Below are positions 24,470 to 39,400 of a stretch of DNA of 64,000 nucleotides, piece by piece. The translations under genes were made by a program, and so were the position numbers. Below the pieces are notes generated by a model that did not search any database, was not told the origin of the DNA, and saw only the letters and a program-made list of their open reading frames with translations. This DNA comes from Octopus sinensis (lineage: Eukaryota): positions 93,620,001 to 93,684,000 of the forward strand of contig NC_043004.1 in the NCBI RefSeq assembly GCF_006345805.1. Direction: 5' to 3'. The stretch's first letter is position 1. Each line of letters opens with the position of its first letter.

Positions 24470-27400
24470 GCAGACACAAAGTCTCAGAAGCAAAAACATA
24501 GGAAGATAGAGTAAAGATAAGCTGTGATGTTGATGCATCCTTCCAAATGCAACAGAAATGATTTTAATAGTGAAGCAAAACTAAAATTACCAAGAATTTA
24601 TTGTTGCAGTACATGAATTAAATTAGATTTGGTAAAGAAGATGGTCAAAATAACAGGCTGTTGTCCTTATTTGTTTAGATACTTCATTGCTCTGAGATCA
24701 AAATGCCATCAGAATAAATAAGTACCAGTAATATATACAAGGAGTGTTGCAGCTGGTTGAGTTGTTAGGATAACAACATATCAACAAATGGGTCATAACC
24801 AGAGACTGACACTCTGCTGCATTCAGAGTCAAAGCACTTAAAATTTACTGGTCAAGTCCACTTAACTGTTAACTGGTATTATGACAAGGTACCATATCAC
24901 ATGTAGAGATCTATTAACTAGAGAATTGTGAATCCATATCTCACTTTACTTGGTTCTGATCTACATTCTGACGGAGAGTGTGGCTGGCTAATACAATACC
25001 AAGTCATTAGCAGTTCATACCTACTTAAAATAGTTGTTGGTGTGGCTTACACCGAACAGACCTATGATTAAAGGTATTCCAAATGTGACCATCGTGACTT
25101 TTATTATGTTCAGGGAACCTAGAAAGATTAGTCATTGTGACCTTTCTTATGATGGTAAAAGTGAGTTGAATGTGATTTAACTGCTGTTTCTAGCAGATTG
25201 CTTTACCAACAGCTCCTTTGTTGGTTTTATTACCAGCATGTCTTTCTGTAGTTAGACAGTTTTCAAATGGCCCAGTTCAACTGATTGAAATAGTGGCAAC
25301 TTAATGAGTTCTTCCTTCATAAGCTTAAAATCAGCAATATTTCCTTGAGTATGTTTTGAAGATGGTAGTCTTTGCTTGGCTGATTTAGCCTACACATAAA
25401 GATAAAATTCTCAAGCAGTTTACTAACACCCCAATGTATAACAGGAGTCGCAATACAATAGAATTAATATACTGATTACATCTGTAGTGACGTCATATTC
25501 CAGTGTGCGCACACGCAACGTCATTCTTCAGTGTGCGTGTGCGGAACGTCTTTCTTCAGTGTACGTGTGTGGGGTTGGAACCTTCTGGAAAGGCATAAGG
25601 AAGTTCCCTCATGCACATGCGCTAGAGACTGAAGAATAAATTCCATAGCGTTCCTTAATAGCGTCGGGGACTTGAGACACGGCGATAGAAGAGAAAGGAC
25701 GTATTTTCATATGTGTGATCAGCTTATTCTCCTGTCCCAGACGCTTAGGATTTAACCTTTTCTATTAATGCTGAATTGTTGTAAGAATGGATACCAGTAT
25801 ACCATCGTGTTTCATTGTTGAATAAGAGAATAAAGAATTGTATATATTTCTAAACTTGCATTTCGTTCCTGACTGGTAGTTTCTAGAAACAAAAAGAAAG
25901 GAAATTGTGTTGCACCCAATTTGCACCCCAAAAGTGTAAAGAAGCAACCAGTTCCCCTTACACATCTTATTCTTAAAAATTTACCTTGCAACCTTTGGAA
26001 AATTTTTTTAAAAAATACAATGTAAAATTATAATTAATGAATTTTCTATGGGTATCACAGGGAGTAATAGTAATGCTTTCCAAAGTATTTCTCCTGGAAA
26101 TTCTATAGGTGTTTCAACTACAGGAACAGCTAAAGTTCCTTACAACTCAATGGATGTTAAATTCAGAAACAAAGCAAAAAAAAAAAAACACAGCATGAAG
26201 CAACATTACATCGTAGTAGTGAGAAAAATAAATAAGAGACTCACTGATCGACAATATTCATTGATCAAGGTGAAGACCACTCCTCGATCCATCAGAGAAA
26301 GCAGATCAAACAGGAAGAATGCTAAACTTGAATTGAGTGAACGAATGAGAGATTGGTCCTGAAAATGTGTAAAAAAAAATTTTAAATCTGTGTTAATTAT
26401 TAGTTTCTTTATTTTTTGTTTTATATTTTCCGCTATTCATTCAGTGGCACCACCTTCTATGAATATAAAACCCCACTGAAGACTATAAGATATATACTTA
26501 GAACAGGTATTTCCCAAAAGAAATCTTTTAACCTTCTTCTCTTAGTATAGTCACTCATCCTGCACTAACGTAATCTGCAATGTGAATACAGAACTTATTC
26601 CTCGACTGATATTACATTTATGTAACTCACAGTGTGTAACAAAATGGCCTGTCCTACTGACAAAAGACAAGCACAATGAAAGAAGGACAAAGATCCTACA
26701 ACCTCTATTATCATTCATAGTTATTTTTTGTTGTTGCACATTAAGATGGCAGTTTGAAAGTATGACTTGCTTGAACCTAATGATGGCTCATTAGACAGGA
26801 CTAAGTGGTTAAGAAGTTCACTTCCCAGCCACATGCCCTTCTTGTTGCCAACCCTTACCTGTTTCCAAGTAAAGTTATATTTTCCCATGGCCAGACATAC
26901 TCTTCACGACAGACTGTAAGCAAACAACATCACCTGTATGACAATGATGCAGCTACTGGTACCATGTGGCATAGTATGACTTATTTCATGGTCAGGGGGG
27001 TCGATGACTAAACTGGCTTGCTAGGTGAGGAAGGTGTAGTGGACACTCTGCAAGGCTGAAAACAAGACCTGTCAAAGGACAGATGAGCTCCACAAGCCAT
27101 CCACAAGAGTAGTGCCTTGTAAAAGCATCATACACAAGAGCTGGCAAATTATGCACCTAGTCCAAGACCACAGCCATACAGTGCTCTTGAGTTGGAGTCG
27201 ACGTCCATGAATGATGTGGTGTAGAGCGAAAAGACAGGTCTTGTCTCTATCCATTTTCTTACCTCCCCATCTATGGTATTGTGGAGGCACATGGCTTAGT
27301 GGTTAGGGCGTTAATTCTCATGCTCGTAAGGTTGTGGTTTTGATTCCTGGACTGAGGAATGCATTGTGTTCTTGAGCAAAAACATTTCGTTTCACACTGC

Positions 27401-30400
27401 ACCAGTCCATTTGGTGGGCAAAAATGAGTAACCCTGCAATGGACTGGCATCTCATCCAGGTGGGGAATTTATTGGCCATGGAAACTGGGGAAACTGGCCC
27501 TTATGAGTTGCATGACTTGAGAAAGTAACTTTACATTTATCTACTACTTGTTTTGGGCTTTACTTTATTTTACATTTATGGTACTACCTGGCTGCTGTAC
27601 TCACCTGAGAGCAGAATCAGTACATATTACATCCAATCCCCTTCTTAATGTCCTTCCAGACACCTCATCATCTCTTCCCATACTATTTCAACCAATTACA
27701 CCCGCACCCCACCATTTGTGCCTTCAGCCACTGCTCCCCCACCCCTGCTATACTCCATTCTAAACATCTGCCTTACGCTCTCCCATATCTACTCACCTAC
27801 TTACTATAGCCCCTTATGTGTCCCTATATCTCCCTCTCACAGCTCCTACAACTTGCACATACTTTCTGTTTATTCTCCCTCTTCAACCATTCCTTTATCT
27901 TCCACCTTACCCCTCTCCATAGTATTTCCCATCTCTGTACCCCTATCCTTGCTTACCACTCACTACATTAACCTCTAATACTACCTCCACTTGTTTACTC
28001 CTCCTCCTCACACTCCAATGAAAGCATTCACACACTCTCTCATCTCCTCCCATGACCCACTGTCTGTATCCTCTCTTATGTTCACCATCATGCTTCTTGA
28101 CAGTTTGCTCTGGCCCCACATCACAACTTTTCTGTCATCTCCTCTATACTTGTGTTTGCCCTATCATACTTTAGCCTTTCAGCACTTGGCACAATGCCAC
28201 TCACTTCCACCTTCCACTCCCAAACACTTCCTCTCAATAGTGAGAGTTTTTCCCTTTCCTTTTCTTCTGTTCTTTTATGTCTTCAAGTTTCATGGGAACC
28301 TAACCATTGCCAGTGGCACATAACAGGCACCCAGTACACTCTATAAAGTAGTTGGTATCAGGAAAGGCATCCAGCCATAGAAACCATGCCAAAGAGGACA
28401 TTGGAGCCTGGCAGAGCCCTGCAGCTTGCCAGTTCCCTGTCAAACCATCCAACGGATTCGACCATGGAAAGGGATATTAAATGATGATGATGATGATGGA
28501 AATTGTAGCTGTGATACCAGTGCTGATGGCACGTAAGAGAACCATCTGAATGTGGCCGTTGCCAGCACCACCCCGACTGGCCTCCGTGCCCGTGGCACGT
28601 AGATTGCACCATCCGATTGTGGCTATTGCCAGCCTTGTCTGGCCCCCGTGCAGGTGGCACATAAAAAGCACCCACTACACTCACGGAGTGGTTGGCGTTA
28701 GGAAGGGCATCCAGCCGTAGAAACACTGCCAGATCAGACTGGGCCTGGAGCAGCCTTCTGGCTTCCCAGACCCCAGTTGAACCGTCCAACCCATGCTAGC
28801 ATCGAAAACGGACGTTAAACGATGATGATGATGAGGAGGAGGAGGATAATGATGTATAACAGTTGTGGAAGTAAGGTTAATTTGAACTCAGTACTGCAAT
28901 TAATATTCCAGCACCTTGACCTTCCAGGTATAAAATATATCAGAATTCTGGAGGCCATTGTACAAGAATAAGAAACATTTGAGATATATGAAAATAACAT
29001 ACCTTCATGAAACGTAAAACAATTTCTCTGATAAGGTTGCGCACCAGTTGGTAGACATCTTCTATGAAGTGATCACTGAAGCGTAAACTGCGATGTATAT
29101 TGAGCTTATCGGTCTTGTCAAGATGTTCTGCCATTCCTTTTACCTGTAGCAAGAAGATAATGATCAGTGTTGATCTGTGTATATTACATTAATAAAGCAG
29201 CTGGAACTGCGAGGCTGTATCAGTTTTCACCAGCTACACACTTAAAAGCTAGTCATGAGAGCAAAACCAGATTTACGCTTAAGCCAAAGGTTAAGGTTTC
29301 CCAGTCCAAAGAAGCCACTCAAAATTTGTATTTCATTTTATTTACATTCTTTCACTTAATTTGTAAGCACTTTATTGTAATTTATATGTGATCCTTTAGC
29401 ATTCAGATTATTCTGTGAAAAGTAATGTATACTTATTCACATTGTTTTGAGTTAGTCATACAGTAACTCATAGCTTCAAGATTTTGATATGTGATTGCAT
29501 ATTTTTCTTAGAATGACATTGTAGGTTAAGTGCGAGAAGCTGGATCTGATCAAAATGAACATAAAACAGGTAGAATATTTTGGCTGGATATCGCCGGTTT
29601 AAATGCTAAAGGGTTAAGTAATGATTTAAACCAATTCATCTAATTCTTTTACTCTTTTACTTGTTTCAGTCATTACACTGTCGGACAAAAAAAAAATCTA
29701 TGTTTGAAGTTGTGATACGTACAATAAGATTTAAAAAGAACCAAGCATTGGCAAGAGTTGCTTCTTTGATGGAACCACTTGCCATTACCCACTGCACTGC
29801 CAGTTCTTCATGGACAAGCTGTGAAAGAGAAAGAGAAACAAAAGACATTATAAGGAAATATGAAAGAGGTGAAGCAGATAAATCAAAAAGCCGATTTATA
29901 TAGTTATAAACAATTACAGGTAAGTTCTCCACCATCAATTCACTGTAAAGAAAGTTCACCATGAGGAAAGTTTACTGAGAAAACGTATCGCATAGTATCT
30001 CACCATTAATAGTTAAAAACTGTTTTATTAAAACAAAAAACAAAACAAAATGGTGAACTGATGATGGTGAACTTATCGGACATGGTTATAAACTGTTTAG
30101 GAATATCAAATAGCTAATGGAACATTGATAATATTTTGGGGTAATAACCAAGCAATGTGTGTTGTGTTCTTACATGATCTGGACTGTTTTAAATTTTACT
30201 TTATGCCTCTTTGGTTTACACATGTTAACGCTGAGCAACAATCAAATCTTTAACTATCGGTAAGCAAGTATGAAACCCGGTCTTTGATACTTACTTTTTT
30301 ACCTCTGATCTTAGGGAATGTTGAAATTCCATACTCAGATCCTCTCATACTGCCAGTTCGATCAAGAGGACCACCTTTGGTAACTAGTAAGGGAGAAAGA

Positions 30401-33400
30401 CAAAAACAAATTATGACAGATATATAAAAAGAAGCTTTTAAAACGAGACAGGTTTTGTGAGAAACACAGGGAACTACAATAAAAGTAAGGTACTTGATGA
30501 TACAATAAAAGTAAGGTACTTGATGGTGCATTGGTCCTGAACACTAAAACTAATTCATAAGGTTGCAAAATAAAATCTGCTTTGGCCAGACTAATAGAAT
30601 ATAATTAGCAGACAGATAATAAAAAAACAGAAAGCAAACAATGAAAATGGGGAAGAAAACGGAGAGAAAATAATAAAGGGAAGAGAAGACAAGCAAGAAG
30701 GCAATGAAGGAATGATTAGAATAAGAAAATGAAAGGGAGCTGAAAAAAAAACGAAAAAAAAAATTCAAATATTGTTAATGAATGATAGTATAGTAAGATG
30801 TAACTTACAGTTCATTATATGAATAACTTCTGCATCTGGTGTTGTTGGTGTGCTGCCTGATAGGTCGGGATCACTGCTGCTACGTTGATAACCTGGTTTG
30901 TTAACTGGCAGCGATGATGGACGACCCAAGGTAGGATATTGGCCAGTAGGGCTACCCAGGCAAGAGACTAAAGGTGATATAGAAAGATGTAATGTGAAGA
31001 GACACTGAGAAAAAAAAGGCTGACAATTTCAATAAACAGCTAAAAATATAAGAACACTTTCTTTTCTTTATATATGTAAGAAAAAACTCTAAACCTTTTG
31101 GATACTAGTAAAATATTCAAAATACTAATTTAATATACTTCAATAAAAATGTTACATTCATTACCCATTTTGAACATTGTCCTTGCTCAAAATCCAAATT
31201 CCCCTTTTGCATTTTATCTCTCCATCTTTCATTTACAAGGATTCACCTCCTCTCTTTTTTACCTATTTTCATTCACTTCTTTATCACTTCTGCCAGCCAG
31301 TCAAGATTATGCTGATTTTTTTTTCAGTCATAACAGTGCTACTACATCAAAAAGAATTTTAAAGAAATGAAAGAAATACCACTCACATGTAGCAAGGATG
31401 GCAAATCAAAGTATTTTGACATGTCTTCCCTGCTGCCCCATTTCCCTGTCTTATTTCCCTATTTTATAAGTTTTAATCTTTCTTCAAAAGTTAGGCAAAG
31501 AATGCACTGAACAATATAGAGGTAAATATGAGATTAACTCTTCTGATACAAACCTGTTCAAAACTGCCCTTTCTTCTAAGTAACAAATTCCATTTTAAAG
31601 TGATCAAAGTTAAAAATGTCCTTCAAAATTTCATGTCGATTTATGTTTAAACAAAAGCTTAATAATGAGAAAGTTATTGTACAAATTTTGTTGTATCTAA
31701 AGAGAGTCAGTATGCCAATATAATTAACACACTCCTTCTTTATTAGTCGGTTGGTTAATATCTAACTAATGATTCAACATTTTCAAAATTAAATGAAACA
31801 CAAGCAGTATATTTCAACAGAAATCATCATCATCATCGTTTAGCGTCCGCTTTCCATGCTAGCATGGGTTGGACGGTTCAACTGAGAAGCCAGAAGGCTG
31901 CACCAGGCCCAGTTTGATCTGGCAATGTTTCTACGGCTGGATACTCTTCCTAACGCCAACCACTCCATGAGTGTAGTGGGTGCTTTTTACATGCCAGACG
32001 AGTCTGGCAAACGGCCACGATCGGATGGTGCGTTTTATGTGCCACCGGCACGGGGGCCAGGCAAGGCTGGCAACAGCCACGAATGGATGGTGCTTTTTAC
32101 GTGAAAGGGTTAAATATATATATAGAAAAGACCCCTTTGGTCATGAATGACCATGGGACTGCATCTAGAAAGTTCCCCTCAGTGGCACAAGTCTGGGCTG
32201 TGTTGTTTATGGAAGACCAACAGCTGCCCATGCATACTAGCTTCCCTTCTCCACGCCATGTTATCCAAAGGAAAGCCAAAGGCCGATACTGCTTGGTACC
32301 AGTGACGTTGCAACTCATTTCAACAGTTGAGTGAACTGGAGCAATGTGAAATAAAGTGTCTTGTTCAAGAACACAACACACAGCCTGGTTCAGGAATCCA
32401 ACTCACTACCTCATGATTGTGAGCCCGACGTTCAAACCACTAAGCCATGTAGCAGGGTTTCTCCTAGCACCATGTCTATTCATCATCATCGTTTAACGTC
32501 TGTTTTCCGTGCTAGCACGGGTTGGACGGAAGCCATGAATATATAATTCTAGAGAATATTTTAGAATATCAAAAGCATTGTAATGTACATGAAGTGATGA
32601 TGTATAAACAATATGTTTGTTTATATTCTGGAATTCAGTTTTAAATGTGTATATAATTGAGTACATAGCAAGATAGCATAAAATATAAATATACTTAGTG
32701 TACAAATTCTACAGCATAGAAAATATGTATACTAAAGTATTCTTCTAACCTGCATTGATATCAGGATGTGGTAATGTACAGCTGTAGTGAATGTATGAAG
32801 CCAACACGGAGTTGACCCCGTGATGGTCGTTTTGGTCTTCTAGAAGATTGTGTATTCGCCCAACAATGACTGATATAGTTTCAAAACAGTTCTGGCAAAC
32901 ACTTACTGAAAAGACAAGAAATAGAATTACATTAATACATCTCTCTTATAAAAACAGCAATTACTTTAGAAAGGCAATGATAACAACAAACCAAGAGAGT
33001 TTAACATGTGAATGTGTGCATGCATGAGTGTGTGTGTGCATGTGTGTAGATGTGTTAAGCATATATGTAGATATATGTCAATATGAGTATAGATGTATGC
33101 ATGTATATATGTCTTCCCAATAGCAACATATGGATGCGAGACCTGGACACTAAAGAAAGCTGACCAGAAGAGAATTAATGCATTCGAGCTTTGGTGTTGG
33201 AGAAAACTTTTGCGGATTCCATGGACAGCGAGGCTCACCAATGGAGAAGTTCTTAAGCAGATAAGGCTGAAAATGTCGCTAGAAGCTGGGATCACCAGGC
33301 GTAGACTGGCATATTTTGGTCATATTATGCGGAGAGAATCCCTGGAGAAGGACATCATGCTCGGAATGGTCAGTGGCAAGAGAGGAAGAGGCCGACCAAG

Positions 33401-36400
33401 AACCTGCTGGCTTGACACCATCAGGAGTGATACCGGAATGGACATGGCCAATCTGAAGGAAGTGGCCCAGGATAGAACTGACTGGAGGACACTGATCCAA
33501 CGAGTGACCGGAGAGAGAGAGTGCATGAGTATGTATTTGTAATTGTGAGTGAAGCTCGGTGGAATCTTTTAAAATACACAGAAAGGAAGTGAATTATAAG
33601 TTATAACTTACTGAGTAGATCTCAGCAAGCTGGTTATTTCATGTGAAGGTTTTGATGTGTCTACAAACTGACCTTCACTCTCAGCAACTTACCTTTATTT
33701 ACTCATGTCTTTTGGTCACTGAAAAATTTCTTAGATATCCCTAATCTATTTTGTTTTCTGTCTCACAAGACTTGTTAAAGCATCAGAGAAAATGCTTCAG
33801 AGATTTTGTTCCAGTTAGTTATGTTCTGCTAAAGTCAACTTTGCTGTTCATCCCTTCAGGGTTCATAATAAAATAAAGTACCAGTCTAGTACTGGGGTCA
33901 ATTAATTGACAATTACCCTCTTAATTAATGGCCTCAAATCTAAATTAGAAACAATTATTTTTATCATTACCATCATAGTTTCAAGTTTCAAGCAAGGTTC
34001 TACTTGCACTGTGTTTCTAGGTGTTCAGCACAGACTTTTTGGAATGTAGAATTGTGTTTGCATGCGTTATCTGTTTTGTTTTGTAATGGAGGATGGATTA
34101 GATAGTCTGACAGGATCCGATAGGTCCAAGGACTGCATAGCGTTTCGGTGTTGCTTTGGAATAATTTCTATGACTTGATGAGTTTTCTAACCCCAACTGC
34201 TTTACAGCATGTACTGGATGTGCTTTTTTTTATCACCAGCACAGAAAACCTTATGACACTTAAGAGTATACAAAGCTATCGTGAAGTAAAAAGAAAATGC
34301 ATTTAACAGAAATGTATATTTTTTGAATGATATGATGACTCTTCCACAGGGAATGTTGCAGTTTTAAAACACTCTCAGATCAAGTCACTAACCAAACGAA
34401 CTTTAAAAGGTTAAAGGTAATTTCAGATCAAAAAGTTGACTCTACTCTTTTTACTCTTTTACTTGTTTCAGTCATTTGACTGCGGCCATGCTGGAGCACC
34501 GCCTTTAGTCGAGCAAATCGACCCCGGAACTTATTCTTTGTAAGCCCAGTACTTATTCTATCGGTCTCTTTTGCCGAACCGCTAAGTGACAGGGACGTAA
34601 ACACACCAGCATCGGTTGTCAGGCAATGCTAGGGGGACAAACACAGACACACAAACACATACATATACATCATCAGTTTGGAATCCCTATCTTGCTCAGA
34701 ACATTGACCTCCTGGAATCTGTCCAGAGACGTGCAACCAAACGCATACCCTCCATCAGACACCTACCATATTCTGAGCGCCTTGTTTCCCTGGGCATGGA
34801 TTCACTGAAGCTCCGGCGTCTGGCGATGGACTTGGTAAACACCCACAAGGTTATCAACCACCTCACCAACAACAACACTGAACACCTTTTTGATCTCCAT
34901 GTGTCTAACACACGTGGACATGCCTACAAAGTCAGAAAACAACACAGCTCCCATGACTTTCGGAAACATTTTTTCATGCTCAGAGTTGCTGAAGCATGGA
35001 ATAAACTGCCTGCGTCAGTTGTTGACTGCCATGACACTGCATCCTTTAAGGCCCTCATGCTTTCCGAAATCCGCCGAAACTACACCTGATTATATATACA
35101 CTTTAGATGAGTTGTAGTGCACCTGAGCACTGTACACAATTATTATTATTATTATTATTATATATATGACAGGCTTCTTTCAGTTTCCATCTACCAAATC
35201 CACTCATAAGGCATTGGTCGGCCCGGGGCTATAGCAGAAGACACTTGCCCAAGATGCCACGCAGTGGGACTGAACTCGGAACCATGTGGTTGGTTAGCAA
35301 GCTACTTACCACACAGCCACTCCTGCGCCTGACTATGAAGGAATATGAAAAATTTCTAACAGGAACAGCTGCAGGATTCTAACTGAAATGAAGATTTGAT
35401 CGATAAGACAAGAATAACTTGCAAAGTTCCAATACTCACTCGTTTGGTCTGAAATAACAGGTGGTCGAACCATCAGTAAAATAAGTTTGTCTAAAATCAG
35501 AGTCAAGAATTTCACCAGACTTTCACCATTAGCTTTAGCAAGATCCATGACAGAGCGCTGCAACTCATTTTCAAAACCGGTTTCATTGGTCCGAGGCATC
35601 AGTTTCTGTTCTTGAGCCATATGACATAAATGTAAGAAATGATTCAAATTTTCATCCTGAAAGAATTTTATGAAAAGAACAACAGATGAATGTGAGAGAA
35701 ATGCTTCAGACGGGTGGATAGACATATTGTACTACGACTACTTTATTAACCCTTTAGCATTCAAACTGGCCATATCCGGCCAAAATATTTAACCTGTTTT
35801 ATATTGAAACTGACCAGATCTTGCCTTTCACCTCAGCCCTACCATGTCATTCTAAAACTAAAAAATCACATCACTGAAATCTCTAAACTACAAGATAATG
35901 CAGGATTAATTCAAACCGTTTTAAATAAACAAACATCACATTTGACAGAATAATCTGAACACTAAAGGGTTAAATGTCTCCCTCATTTTCAAAGATAATA
36001 AGGTGTAGTTTGGGTTTAGCTACTGTTTCTAGCAGGTCAAGTGAAGAGCCTGTGAATGGCTCTGTTGCTAGCTTGTGAAGTGAAATAGAGTTACAAACTG
36101 ATTTACTAATCTTTCTTGTTTCAGTCTGTTTGTTCTTCAGTTTGAAAAATAGACTAAGCCCAGAAGAAGCTTCAGTACAATATGTCTGAAAAGTTATATA
36201 TTACACTAAGTATCATATAACATTCTTTATTACACACCCAATTTGGGTGTGATGATAGCCCTGGATAAAGATACATATTTATGAGAACAAATTGATATAT
36301 TTATTATATATTTAGACCTGAAGTGTTTCCAAGGAAACTTTAAAGTAAGATATTCTTGATCCCAGTACCATTTTTCCATCTAATCTGAAATAAACTTCAC

Positions 36401-39400
36401 TGATTTCTATTGTGTTTAAGTTTAACTTTGACATAAAAATTGTCTCCCAGAACAACAGATTAACAGTGAAGGATCCTGAAATTCAGTCAAATATGAGTTT
36501 GGAATTGAAAACTTAAACAAAAGATATACATTCAATCGAGAGTATAATAATTTAAGGTAAATAATAAATATCGTTTGGTCATTTTGTTTAGCATCTGTTT
36601 TCCATGCTAACAGAGTTTAGTCGGCAGGTAACAGCAGAATTTTCAATCAGGGGCTCTTCCTATGGCTAACTATTACAGGTTTACAAGGAGTTTTCTCTTC
36701 CAGAAAAATCCGAAAATGCAGGGCTAGCAGATATTACTGCTCATAGCTGAAGTTCAGAGTAGACACACACACACATATATACGCATTATATCTTTCTCGT
36801 TCTCTCTCTCTCTCTCTCTCTTGATATATATGTTAAATGTATGACAGGCTTCTTTCAGCTGTGTTTACCAAATACCTTTACAAGGCATTAATCAGTTGGG
36901 TCTATTGCCAGAGCACTACACAGTAATGGTGAACTTAAAGCTGTATGCTTGAAAAGTAAACTTAATCACTAGCCTGATGGATCCAGTTTTACTTGGGTCT
37001 AAACCAGTGGTTCTCAACCAGGGCCCATATAAGATTTTGTGTGTGTGGGAGGGTCCACACAACAAAATGGTAAATTGGGGAGCCACAATGATATTTTAAA
37101 GGGTCCCGAGTATTGGGCCTCACAGAGGCAATGACGAAGGACCGAGATCTCTGGAGATATGCTGTGACTGCAAAGACCCGGGCTGCTTCCTGCACCAGTT
37201 TCGCATAGTCCCAGCCCATTCAAAGTACCTTGGATTGCAGAACGACCTGCTGTACTTGGATCATAGAGTGACCTACTGTGCTTGAGGAGACCTATTGAGT
37301 CAAGTACATAAACATCAAAATAAATATCAAATGGAAATAGTAGTTGTGATACCTGTGCCAGTGGCATGTAAAAAGCACCATCTGAACGTGGCCGATGCCA
37401 GCGCCGCCTTGACTGGCTTCTTTGCCGGTGGCACGTAAAAGGCACCAACTGATCGTGGCTGCTGCCAGCCTTCCCTGGCACGTAAAAAGCACCCACTACA
37501 CTCACAGAGTGGTTGGCGTTAGGAAGGGCATCCAGCTGTAGAAACACTGCCAGATCAGACTGGAGCCTGGTGCAGCCTCCTGGCTTCCTAGACCCCAGTC
37601 GAACTGTCCAACCCGTGCTAGCACGGAAAACGGACATTAAACGATGATGATGATGTATGTATTGGCATGAATTGCAAGAAACAGCTCAGTTTCTTTCTCT
37701 AACATTTTACATAGTTCAACCAGCACAAGTGAATGCGTGAAAAACAAAATAGGAATTTTGAAAGAAGTTTCTATGAAGCTGGCTTTTAAACACTGAATGG
37801 CTATGGGGATCCACTAGAACAACATAAGTATTTCTGAAGGGTCAATAGATAAAAAAATGGTTGAGAATCTCTGGTCTAAACAGAAACAGCTGGTAGGAAT
37901 CAAAAATTATTTTCAAATATCAGAGGCAAATATTAGAGTATTAAAATGCACATGGTTTAGTCATACAACACAACTGTAACAAAGTTTCATATCATTGTCA
38001 TGTGGTCAGTTGTCTAGCATAAGTTACTGTGCTGCCATATGATTGGTTAAAATATATATATATATATATAGTGCTTGACAGTAGATACATACCTGCGTGT
38101 GTATTGAAGATGCACAGTAAAGATTGACTGTAAATAATGGTTTACGATTATCCATCCACTTTATATTCTGTGACTGAAATAAATAAATATATAAATTATA
38201 TAAACACATAAATAAATATATAAATTATATAAGCACAAACAATTATATATTTATATGAATACACATACACATAAAACTATATCGTCATCATGTATTGTAT
38301 GCCTACAGTGCACTGATGACACTGCAATGGAAGTCTTCCTGATTAAGCACGAGCTCTCCATCTGCTTTGTCACTCTTGTCCCAACCAGCTCAAGATATCA
38401 TCTATCCATTGCATTCTTTGCCTGCCTTTATATCTAGTACCCTCTACTCTTCCTTCTGTGATAATATTTCCTAGAATTCTGCTTCTCAGAATATCGCGAC
38501 AATAGACGAGCTTTTGATTTTCCACTATGTTCAGGAGTTGTTGTCTTTCACCTATTCGTTGCAATTACCCATTCGTTTGTCCGATTGTTATGAGCCTCTT
38601 ACAAGGACTATATGCACAAATAGATATAAACATATAGGCAACAAAACAGTATAGTTCATTCCTAGAGAGAAATGGGGTTTCTTGCAGGTTGAGAGACCAT
38701 GGAACAGATCCTTCGGTTGTCTCAGTAATCAAAACAAGTAACAGGTGGATATTACTGTCAATGTAAAACTTACAGGTAACACATTTGATAGAATATACTA
38801 TATAATTCCTAAAGCATTTAGTCAGCATTTCTAATTAAGCAGTTTGCCAACAGCAAACATATTCTTAGGGAATGTTCTGAATATATGAGATGTATGATGA
38901 GCTTTTCTCCTCAAAAAATGGATCAAATCACATCTGAGACAAATTCATGACAGGAGTGTAAAGTTCTAGAATTTACTCTTTTTTAAATAGCAAATTTCTT
39001 CCGCTGTTGTACTGTTCAGTTCATACAAAACATATACACATGTTACAAAGAAAGATCACATTTATTTCTTGATTGTGCTATAAGATATCTCAGATGTCTG
39101 ATTCCATGCAATAAACATTTACTACCTTAACCAGTGACAAGATTTGAACTATTGACTTCTTAGCTGGTTGTCCAGTGTTTGACTGATTCAACTATCCCCA
39201 TAAATATATATTAACCATATACTGATTACCACGAATTACTTATTTCTTTATTGTCCACAAGGGGCTAAACACAGAAGGGACAAACAAGGACAGACAAACG
39301 GATTAAGACGATTACATCGACCCCAGTGTGTAACTGGTACTTAATTTATCGACCCCGAAAAGATGAAAGGTAAAGTTGACCTCGGCAGAGTTTGAACTCA

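Noticed and set aside
27548-28323. Pro/Ser/Leu-rich ORFs in a C/T-rich stretch
   Set aside because: Compositional bias with no recognisable protein motif; probably a decayed repeat that I cannot classify.
28500-28690. Regularly spaced GGCACGTAAAAAGCACC motifs that look like a CRISPR repeat-spacer array
   Set aside because: The intervening sequences are related to each other and recur in dispersed copies, there are no cas genes, and the context is a eukaryotic intron; this is an internal tandem repeat of a retroelement.
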